Part shown: in pieces, positions 1-6,760 of the stretch
Numbering within the stretch: position 1 is the stretch's first letter
Layout of the letters: every line of letters begins with the position of its first letter
Origin: Polyangiaceae bacterium
GTDB lineage: Bacteria; Myxococcota_A; Polyangia; Polyangiales; Polyangiaceae
Length of the DNA stretch: 12,548 nucleotides
Direction of reading: 5' to 3'
Assembly: GCA_033763455.1 (NCBI GenBank)
Contig: JANRKO010000085.1
Coordinates: 1 to 12,548 of the forward strand
Position numbers and translations under genes: made by a program
Notes under the pieces: generated by a model
What the model saw: only the letters and a program-made list of their open reading frames with translations
What the model was told of the DNA's origin: nothing
The model's database searches: none

Positions 1-140
1 GCCTCATCCACCGTTGCGAGGTTATTCCCATCGAAGGCCAGAGCTATCGCGCCAAAGAAGCCAAGGAACGCGCACAAACAAAACAGCGGAGCCCCAACTA
101 AACGCGCTCACATTGGCGCCGTTTTATGTGCCCGCTAACA
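1..140 (+). mobile_element. Right end of an IS21-family insertion sequence (partial, runs off the window)
   Basis: An IstB-like C-terminus is followed 39 bp later by a terminus ending ...GTGCCCGCTAACA (reverse complement TGTTAGCGGGCACATAAAACGGCGCCA), matching the TG...CA ends of IS21-family elements. An unrelated minus-strand ORF is cut at 140/141. Confidence 0.8.
3..101 (+). CDS. istB: IS21-family helper ATPase IstB, C-terminal fragment
   Basis: Frame 3 reads LIHRCEVIPIEGQSYRAKEAKERAQTKQRSPN*, matching the IstB C-terminal signature RLxHxxxxxxxxGxSYR followed by a basic tail. Not in the ORF track because it is 5'-partial. Confidence 0.85.
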   Translation, partial: LIHRCEVIPIEGQSYRAKEAKERAQTKQRSPN

Positions 141-276
141 CCGCCTCCGGGAAGGCACCGTCTACGCTGGTGCCCCGGCGAATTTGCCCCGCCGTCGTGT
201 CGGCGCACCCAATAGTAAAGAAGTTCGCTAAGAGGAGGCCGGGAAGGACTACCGCGATGGAGAGTGAGCAGCGCAT
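141..276 (-). pseudogene. 5' fragment of a lipoprotein gene (possibly a trypsin-like protease) interrupted by the IS21 element
   Basis: ATG at 276 gives MRCSLSIAVVLPGLLLANFFTIG-C24-ADTTAGQIRRGTSVDGAFPEA, a signal peptide II with a lipobox-like TIGC. The frame enters the IS at 140 and stops at 126-124. Confidence 0.6.
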
Positions 277-843
277 AGATGATTTCTCTAGAAATGATTC
301 CCGGAATGCCTCGTAGCATGGAATTTCTGCGGAAAACGAAGCACTCGAACGGCGTCATGCCCTGCAACCGTAGCCAGCCTCCATCTGCTCGAAACTCTTC
401 CGGTTTCCAAGCACTATGTCAATTTACAACGTAGGCAGCATTTGCCTCCGCGCGGTTTCAGCCCGCGAGCCGGCTGGCTGCAGCAGCCGGAAGTGGCTTT
501 AGCCGAATCTCAATTTCGCACATCCCCCGTGCGGGCAAGCGCGCCCCTCTACGCACACTTCCGCAGAGGCGAGACTCTTGTCGTTAAGTGTTCACTGCGC
601 CGCAATTCACGAGCGATCACCACTTTACCTGCGTGTCCAACTCATGCCTTGGTGAGCGTCAAAATACCGACGGCCATTGCAAGTTCTTTTTTCTATTTCG
701 GATTAAAGCCGAGAACTCACTGACCGTTCGCATCTTGTACCGATGAATCCTTCGACATGAGGTCGTAGGCAACAAAAGGCAACGGATTGTTATAGGTGGC
801 GCTCAGCTTCGACAGAGTCGCTCATCAGGCGGAGACAAAAACC

Positions 844-2817
844 ATGTTACCCAAGACTCGCATACTGAAAAATCTGGTTCTCGCACTCGGTACGTTTTCA
901 CCGGTGTTGCTTGGCGGCTGCAGCAGCGCCCCCATTGATACAGCTACCGAAGAGTTTAGCGAGAGCGCAGCGGCCCTCGGCGTTGCAGTAGCCACCTGCT
1001 CTACTGCGGGCTCCACGGGTTACAACGCCACCACCAAGCTCCTCGCCATCACGATGAGCACTCCGAACGTTGTTTTCGGCGTTGTGAACGGCATTATCAC
1101 GGTTAATGGCTACTCTTGCGTGACCTCGGGGAACGTGGCCTTGAAGCCCACCGACGTTAAGAAAGTCACCATCACGGGCACGGGCTCGAATGAAAAAGTT
1201 GTGATCGATACCCTTGGCGGCGCGCTTGGCGCCAGCATCCTTTCCGCCACTGGCGGCATCGTTGTGGACCTCGGGAGCGGCACGGACCAGCTCTCACTGC
1301 GCGGGTCCAGCTCGGCTGATAACTGGAAAGCCGGCGAAAACGCGAGCGACGTTTACTTTGAACTCAGCGGAGATACCACGCTTGACCTCAGGGTGATCGC
1401 GGCTGACACCATTGCTGTCGCTACCAGCAGTGGCAACGACATCTTCACCGCACGCGGGGGCACACTCACGGGCACGCATCTGAAAGGCTCCACGCTCACT
1501 GCCGTGACCGCCGTATCAACCACGCTGACCATCAACGGTGGCGACGGTAACGATACGATTACCGGTGGCGACGGTAACGACATCATCGCTGGCGGCGCTG
1601 GCGACGACACCTTCAAGACCGGCGCGGCAAAAGACGGCGACGACATCGTCTCCGGTGGCGCTGGCACGGATACTGTCGACTACTCGACCCGCACTGCCGC
1701 TCTGGCGGTTGTGCTCGACGGAGCCACATCGAGTGGTGATATCTCCGCGACTGCAGAGGCCGATCTACTGGGCGCGACAGTTGGTCCTGTCGTGAGCATC
1801 GACATCGAGAACATCATCGGCGGCACGGCTGCCGACACTCTAACAGGCAATGCCCTTTCCAATAACATCAAGGGCGGCGGCGGCGACGATCTCATCTCCG
1901 GTGGCGTCAACGCTGGCGCCTGTACGACCGATATCGATGTGATTGATGGCGAAGCTGGCAACGACACGTTCGACATGGGCTTGGCTTCCGATTGCGGTGA
2001 CGCTCTGACTGGTGGCACAGGCACCGACACAGTGGATTATCAAGGTCGCAGCGCGGTTCTCACCATCGACCTCGATGGGACGGCCGATGACGGCGACGGA
2101 ACCGCAGTTGAAAAGGACAACGTGAAGTCTGACATCGAGATCGTCCTCGGTGGCTCCCTCGGCGACACGATTACAGGATCGTCCGGCGACAACGAGTTGC
2201 ACGGTGGCCCGGGTGCGGACACCCTCAACGGCGGTTCTGGCAACGACACGTTGATCGGAAACACCGGCAACGACATCCTCAATGGCGAAGCGGGCGACGA
2301 CATCTTCAACGATCAGGAAGGCGATGACGCCAAGTACACAGTGGCCGAAGCCCACGGCGCCGGTGACGACATCTTCAACGGTGGCTCGGGCGTAGACGAC
2401 AAGGTCCTCTACACGGCCCGCGCAGCCACCGTCGATGCTACCATCTGCGTCGATCTCACCAAGCTCACCGGTAACTCGGCGTTGGTTGCAGCCGAGTGTG
2501 CGGATGACGATGGCGAAGGTGCCGAAGCCGATAAGCTCGTGAACATCGACCACATCGTAGGTGGCGACGGCGCTGACAACCTCACGGGAGGCTCAACCGA
2601 TGACACGCTCGAGGGTGGCCCTGGAGGTGACACACTCACTGGCGGAGCCGGCGCCGACCGCCTCTTCGGCGACGCAGACGCTGACACACTCAACGGCGGC
2701 GCGGACGACGACACGCTCGACGGTGGCGCAGACGCAGACACCCAGAACGGTGACGCTGGTGACGGCGACTCCTGCTTCGACGATGGGTCCGACACGCTCG
2801 CCACCTGCGAACTGTAA
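844..2817 (+). CDS. RTX/hemolysin-type calcium-binding repeat lipoprotein (657 aa), probable surface protein
   Basis: GGAG Shine-Dalgarno at 831-834 favours ATG 844 over GTG 796. Lipobox LGG-C26. Many GGxGxDxLx nonapeptides, three approximately 120-aa repeat units and a C-terminal Cys pair. Confidence 0.9.
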   Translation: MLPKTRILKNLVLALGTFSPVLLGGCSSAPIDTATEEFSESAAALGVAVATCSTAGSTGYNATTKLLAITMSTPNVVFGVVNGIITVNGYSCVTSGNVALKPTDVKKVTITGTGSNEKVVIDTLGGALGASILSATGGIVVDLGSGTDQLSLRGSSSADNWKAGENASDVYFELSGDTTLDLRVIAADTIAVATSSGNDIFTARGGTLTGTHLKGSTLTAVTAVSTTLTINGGDGNDTITGGDGNDIIAGGAGDDTFKTGAAKDGDDIVSGGAGTDTVDYSTRTAALAVVLDGATSSGDISATAEADLLGATVGPVVSIDIENIIGGTAADTLTGNALSNNIKGGGGDDLISGGVNAGACTTDIDVIDGEAGNDTFDMGLASDCGDALTGGTGTDTVDYQGRSAVLTIDLDGTADDGDGTAVEKDNVKSDIEIVLGGSLGDTITGSSGDNELHGGPGADTLNGGSGNDTLIGNTGNDILNGEAGDDIFNDQEGDDAKYTVAEAHGAGDDIFNGGSGVDDKVLYTARAATVDATICVDLTKLTGNSALVAAECADDDGEGAEADKLVNIDHIVGGDGADNLTGGSTDDTLEGGPGGDTLTGGAGADRLFGDADADTLNGGADDDTLDGGADADTQNGDAGDGDSCFDDGSDTLATCEL

Positions 2818-2846
2818 TCTGACCTAGATAGGCCTTAAGTGGCTCC

Positions 2847-2884
2847 AAGCGAGGCGCGTAACTGTACGTGCCTCGCTTCTTTTT
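2847..2884 (+). terminator. Rho-independent terminator
   Basis: AAGCGAGGCGCGTA (2847-2860), loop ACTG, TACGTGCCTCGCTT (2865-2878): a 14-bp stem with one G-U pair, followed by CTTTTT, 30 bp after the stop codon at 2817. Confidence 0.85.
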
Positions 2885-2925
2885 GTGTGTGGCGCCCTCA
2901 CTCTAGAACGGAAGAAAGTCCCAAC

Positions 2926-4203
2926 ATGAGAACTGCATTGCTCGGCCTCCCTCTTGCCGCAATTCTTATCGCTGCTGCGTGCAGTAGTTCCAAACCGGTG
3001 GATGGTGACGGCGCCTCCGGTGAAGTCGGTGAGGCGCGGTCCACCGGAGGAACGAAAGCCACAGGCGGCGCTCAAGCCAAAACGGGTGGCTTAGGCAACG
3101 GCGAAATGGGGGGAGCGAGTACATCTGCGGGGAACACAGAGGTTGGGGGGATGTCCGCTGCTGCTGGCGCTGCTGGTGCGCCAAGCGTAATGATTACGAC
3201 GGATGCAGCTTATGACGGCATCAATCTTGACGACGTGAACGTTGGCCTTGCACCCCCGGGCTGCGCCGAAGGCGTGGACGTTTTGGGTCAACTCGAACTA
3301 AAGCTCTCAGGCGCTGGCAAAGTAGTGGTTCAGGTGTTGGACGGACTGTTGTTCGCGAATGGAGTGAGCTGTGGCCCAGGCGTCACACATTTGACAGTCA
3401 CGGGGTCCGCCCAGAACAACATTGTCGTGTTTGATCGCACCCAAGGCGGCCCGCTTCCGATAGCAACCGTTGACCTCGGGGCAGGCACTGACGAGGTGTG
3501 GATCCGTGGTACGCCTGCGGCGGAAGCCGTGAGCGTGGGGGAGGAAGCTGGCAAGCTGGTTTTCAGCGATCTTGTGGCGCGCTTTCTTGATGCCTCCAAC
3601 ATTGAAGGACTGATAGTGAGCACCGGGCCTGGCGACGATCAACTGTTCGCGGACGGCGCGCTAGCTGCTGCGGCCCCCTTAAAGATGGGGGTAGATTTCT
3701 ACGGCGGTGCGGATAGCGACGAAATTCGCGGCGGTGAGGGCAAAGATCGCTTGTACGGCGGCCCCGGCCTGGACACGTTCCGAAGCCCCTCGGCCGACGG
3801 TGCGGACCTTTACGACGGCGGCGACGACAATGACACACTCTCCTATGACGGCCGCAGCCAGCCGCTGACCATCACGATCGGCACCGGAGCAAACGATGGC
3901 CCGTCCGGCGAGAACGACGACGTACAAAGCACGGTGGAAGGGATAATCGCCGGAAGCGGCAACGACTTCATCACGGGCTCAGCGTTCAGCAATCAGTTTG
4001 CGGGTGGAGACGGCAACGATACGTTGATCGGTGGCGACGGCGATGACTGGCTCTACGGTGACGCCGGAGACGACGTGCTCATGGGTGGCAACGGCGACGA
4101 TCTTCTGAACGGCCTCACAGGTACCAACGTTATCGACGCGGGCCCAGGCTGCAATATATGTTCTAGCACCCCGATGGACACCATTTCGGGCTGCAGCCTC
4201 TAG
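2926..4203 (+). CDS. RTX/hemolysin-type calcium-binding repeat lipoprotein (425 aa), paralog of the upstream gene
   Basis: ATG 2926 begins MRTALLGLPLAAILIAAA-C19 (signal peptide II). A Gly/Ala/Thr linker and GGxGxD repeats follow. Motifs are collinear with the upstream protein (NGVSC/NGYSC, VDLGAGTD/VDLGSGTD). Confidence 0.88.
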   Translation: MRTALLGLPLAAILIAAACSSSKPVDGDGASGEVGEARSTGGTKATGGAQAKTGGLGNGEMGGASTSAGNTEVGGMSAAAGAAGAPSVMITTDAAYDGINLDDVNVGLAPPGCAEGVDVLGQLELKLSGAGKVVVQVLDGLLFANGVSCGPGVTHLTVTGSAQNNIVVFDRTQGGPLPIATVDLGAGTDEVWIRGTPAAEAVSVGEEAGKLVFSDLVARFLDASNIEGLIVSTGPGDDQLFADGALAAAAPLKMGVDFYGGADSDEIRGGEGKDRLYGGPGLDTFRSPSADGADLYDGGDDNDTLSYDGRSQPLTITIGTGANDGPSGENDDVQSTVEGIIAGSGNDFITGSAFSNQFAGGDGNDTLIGGDGDDWLYGDAGDDVLMGGNGDDLLNGLTGTNVIDAGPGCNICSSTPMDTISGCSL

Positions 4204-4253
4204 CGGTTAGGCCAAGCCTAAGACCCGAAGTAGCGCCGGGCCTGCGCCCGATG

Positions 4254-4279
4254 TGTAACCAGAGTGGGCCACGCGCGTA
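4254..4279 (+). promoter_or_regulatory. ECF sigma factor-type promoter (TGTAAC-N16-CGTA)
   Basis: TGTAAC at 4254-4259 and CGTA at 4276-4279 fit the general ECF -35 AAC / -10 CGT pattern. ATG 4289 follows after 9 nt with no Shine-Dalgarno. Confidence 0.5.
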
Positions 4280-4288
4280 CAACGGCCT

Positions 4289-4747
4289 ATGCGAAAAGAC
4301 GTTCGACACCTAGCAGCAGCAGCATTCGCTCTTTTTTCGGGGGCCTGCGGCGGGGGTAACAACGAGGACGAACCCGGAGCAAAGGCCTTGCTCGCAAACG
4401 TCCAAGCACAGAGCTACCGAAGCTGGCAGCGCGCCCCGGGCTGGGAAACACGCCAACCCACCGTCTCAGTGCACGGCCAAACCGCGGACATTTTTGTGAA
4501 CGAGGTGCTGAGCTCAGCGCTCTCCACTCAGGGGCTCGGAGCTTGGCCGGTAGGCGCAGTTCTCGTGAAGGATGCGTACCGCGGTGGAGATCTTTCGCTG
4601 ATTGCCATCATGGAAAAGAGAGATAGCGGCTGGTTCTTTGCTGAGTTCTCGGCCAACGAAGAGGTGAAATACTCCGGGCAACCCGACGTTTGCTTAGGAT
4701 GCCACCAGGCAGCTACGGATTCTGTGCTCAGCGTGGGCCTACCATGA
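4289..4747 (+). CDS. Cytochrome P460-family monoheme c-type cytochrome, lipoprotein
   Basis: Lipobox SGA-C20. Motifs YRSW, IFVN, WPVGAVLVKD, MEK..GWFF and a C-terminal CLGCH heme-binding motif (4691-4705) occur in the order typical of the P460/c'-beta family. Confidence 0.85.
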   Translation: MRKDVRHLAAAAFALFSGACGGGNNEDEPGAKALLANVQAQSYRSWQRAPGWETRQPTVSVHGQTADIFVNEVLSSALSTQGLGAWPVGAVLVKDAYRGGDLSLIAIMEKRDSGWFFAEFSANEEVKYSGQPDVCLGCHQAATDSVLSVGLP

Positions 4748-5472
4748 GCGGGCGCGCGTACTTTTGGAGCCGGGTTCGAGCCGTCGTCTACGTGACGGGG
4801 CTTTGCCTAATTGGGCTCACAAGAAATGCTCACGCAGAACTATTCACACTCGGCGTAGGTGCTAACCTTTTTGGAGGCGTTGCCTGGTTGCCGCAACCCG
4901 AGCCTTCTGGTTTCACTCTGCTAAGGACCCAACGCGGTGGTGATATTCCCAGCCTGATCGGCGCCGCATACGGCGGTGGTGTCACATTGGAGCCGCGCTT
5001 CCTGGATACATTAGGCCTCGAGCTCGACGGCTTTTTGGCTAGAGACTTCATCTCCGGGGATGTGAAGGTGGGGGCGAGCAAAACGCCGTTGAACATTGGC
5101 CAAGTGGCGGTCCACATCCCTACCCTTCTCAAGGTGAGGCTTGAAACGGGGCTTTTCGACTTCACCGCCGCTCTCGGCCCCGAATGGGTCATCCCGACGC
5201 TGCCGCGTGCGGAGGCAACCAACAGCACATTCACGGCCATAGCTTCTGCGGATAGCTACACGGCTCTCACGTGTGCACTCGGCGGGGAAGCCAACGTAAA
5301 CCTCCCGGGCTTTGATGTACGTTGGCCACTTCAGGTTCGGCTGAGCTACATGCCGAGCGTTGGGTCGGCGTTATCCGAACGCGTCACCGCTCTGCCAAGT
5401 GACGCTGTGATATTTGAAAGCGTGCCGCAGTACCAGGTTTCGCTAGTAACCGGCCTATTGAATTTTTGGTAG
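4744..5472 (+). CDS. Putative outer-membrane beta-barrel protein (242 aa)
   Basis: ATGA overlap with the upstream stop. Signal peptide I ending AHA-E. Alternating amphipathic strands (FTLGVGANLFGG, YGGGVTLE, LGLELD, HIPTLLKVRL) and an aromatic C-terminus (LLNFW). Confidence 0.65.
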   Translation: MSGRAYFWSRVRAVVYVTGLCLIGLTRNAHAELFTLGVGANLFGGVAWLPQPEPSGFTLLRTQRGGDIPSLIGAAYGGGVTLEPRFLDTLGLELDGFLARDFISGDVKVGASKTPLNIGQVAVHIPTLLKVRLETGLFDFTAALGPEWVIPTLPRAEATNSTFTAIASADSYTALTCALGGEANVNLPGFDVRWPLQVRLSYMPSVGSALSERVTALPSDAVIFESVPQYQVSLVTGLLNFW

Positions 5473-5504
5473 CCAAAAGCCGCATGGCTCAGCGCATGAA
5501 CGGT

Positions 5505-6428
5505 TCAAGCCGCCCTTGAAGCCTGATATTGGGCTCGATAGGCGCGCGGCTCAATCCCGGTGTGTTTCCTGAACAAGCGAGCAAAGTAGTTGGCACCTTC
5601 CACGCCTACGAGGGGCGCAATCTCGGAAATTTTGAGCGAGGTTTCGCGCAGCATCTGCTCGGCTTTGCTGATTCGCAGGGTGTTTACGTATTGCATCGGC
5701 GCCATGTCGAAGCACTCCTTGAAGCAACGCTCCAGCGTCTTGCGAGACATGTGCGCTTCGTGGGCCAAACCTTCCACAGTAACCACTTGTGCAAAATGAC
5801 GCTCTAGCCACTCCAACACACCCGACAGGCGCACCAAAGCCTGGGACGTAACGGCTGGCATATGGGTGTAGAGACGGGATAATTCCACCAAGATTTGAGA
5901 GAAGATGCCGAGGCTCGCGACCTCGAAACCTGGAGCCCGCTCAGTAAGCTCGCCGTACAGCTTCCCTAGTGAAATGCTCAGACTGGTGAGCGTTTCTGGA
6001 CCAACCCGCAGCCTGCTCTGAAAACCATGGCGCACCCGGAGTTCGGGCTCAAACATGAAGAAGGCTGAATACCCGGGGATCTGGCGCAAATGTTGCTCAG
6101 GCAGCCAGAGGCGGCGGGGGTCAAAGATGACGTTAATGAGCGCCAGGTTCTTGCAGTCCGCGTAGCCGTGCAGCGTTCCTGCGGGGATCACAAAGACGTC
6201 ACCCGCTCCAATGTCGAAGGAATCTTTCGACAAAAGGTGCTTACCTGAACCTCCTGTGACCACAACAAGCTCCCAGCAACTGCCATGGCCGTGGATCGGC
6301 ATCGGGAGGTGGTCTTGCACGGCGAAGCTGTCCAGGGCGAAACCTTTCAGCGACGAAAGAGGCTCCTTAGTAGTGGCCCGCGGCTGGGGTTTCGTGGGCG
6401 TGATGAGTTCCGGGGTTGGCTCTGACAC
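5505..6428 (-). CDS. AraC-family transcriptional regulator (RhaS/RhaR-like, cupin sensor plus double HTH)
   Basis: N-terminal HGH..WELVVVTGGSGKH..GDVFVIPAGTLHGY cupin motif. C-terminal LAHEAHMSRKTLERCFK and ISEIA..VG..ANYFARLFRKHTGIEPRAYR AraC signature. Confidence 0.95.
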   Translation of the reverse strand: MSEPTPELITPTKPQPRATTKEPLSSLKGFALDSFAVQDHLPMPIHGHGSCWELVVVTGGSGKHLLSKDSFDIGAGDVFVIPAGTLHGYADCKNLALINVIFDPRRLWLPEQHLRQIPGYSAFFMFEPELRVRHGFQSRLRVGPETLTSLSISLGKLYGELTERAPGFEVASLGIFSQILVELSRLYTHMPAVTSQALVRLSGVLEWLERHFAQVVTVEGLAHEAHMSRKTLERCFKECFDMAPMQYVNTLRISKAEQMLRETSLKISEIAPLVGVEGANYFARLFRKHTGIEPRAYRAQYQASRAA

Positions 6429-6664
6429 AGCGCAAAAGTGTAGGTTATGATGGACTCGGACCTTTCAGCGTTGGCCAGGGCGACCCAGACACTGAATTGC
6501 GCCCCGAGACGCCAACCACGTTCCGGCCTGCGAACCATGGCTGGCGAGCGCGCTACCGGCACCGACCGCGTAAAGTGTCCGTCCAGCGCCGCCGGCGGCA
6601 CGTCCTTCGGCTCGCAGGACGTAATGTCAGGCAGTAATACAAATTGCCGGAAAATTCGCTGGAT

Positions 6665-6731
6665 TTTCGCCCACCATGGCCTCATTTCGCCCGCAAAACA
6701 GCGTGACGCCCCCGATAGCCCGCGCTAGGTT
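6665..6731 (+). promoter_or_regulatory. Putative sigma70-type promoter with upstream direct repeats (candidate AraC sites)
   Basis: TTTCGCCC at 6665-6672 and 6685-6692 (20-bp period), then GTGACG (6703-6708)-N17-TAGGTT (6726-6731). An AAAGGG Shine-Dalgarno-like sequence precedes ATG 6761. Confidence 0.35.
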
Positions 6732-6760
6732 CCACGGCCCCACCAAACGAAAGGGCCACC

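Noticed and set aside
14..367. Track ORFs 14..316 (+) and 98..367 (-)
   Set aside because: Both cross the IS boundary at 140 in frames with no recognisable motifs. The istB tail and the lipoprotein fragment explain the region better.
442..723. 93-aa ORF with TTG start
   Set aside because: No Shine-Dalgarno, no motifs and atypical composition; probably spurious.
796..843. Longest-ORF starts at 796, 2839, 4690 and 11810
   Set aside because: The downstream ATGs at 844, 2926, 4744 and 11909 put signal peptides at the N-terminus. Three of them have a Shine-Dalgarno or stop-start coupling, and the extension from 2839 would run through the terminator.
1537..2760. Short exact DNA repeats such as GGTGGCGACGGTAACGA and GACGACATCTTCAACG, considered as CRISPR or DGR repeats
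   Set aside because: They are in-frame encodings of RTX nonapeptides, with no regular repeat-spacer structure and no cas or reverse transcriptase gene.
825..2804. Many antisense and alternate-frame ORFs over the RTX gene (and likewise over ARH, OPT and the protease)
   Set aside because: Expected shadows of GC-rich, codon-biased and repetitive genes; Ser/Pro/Arg-rich with no family motifs.
844..4203. RTX toxin / type I secretion locus
   Set aside because: No pore-forming or enzymatic toxin domain, acyltransferase or ABC/MFP/TolC genes are visible, and both proteins have lipoprotein signals.
5464..5520. Small inverted repeats at the convergent gene junction (TTTTGG-TAG-CCAAAA; TTCAAG/CTTGAA)
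   Set aside because: Stems of only 6 bp, AT-rich and without a proper U-tract; too weak to call a terminator.
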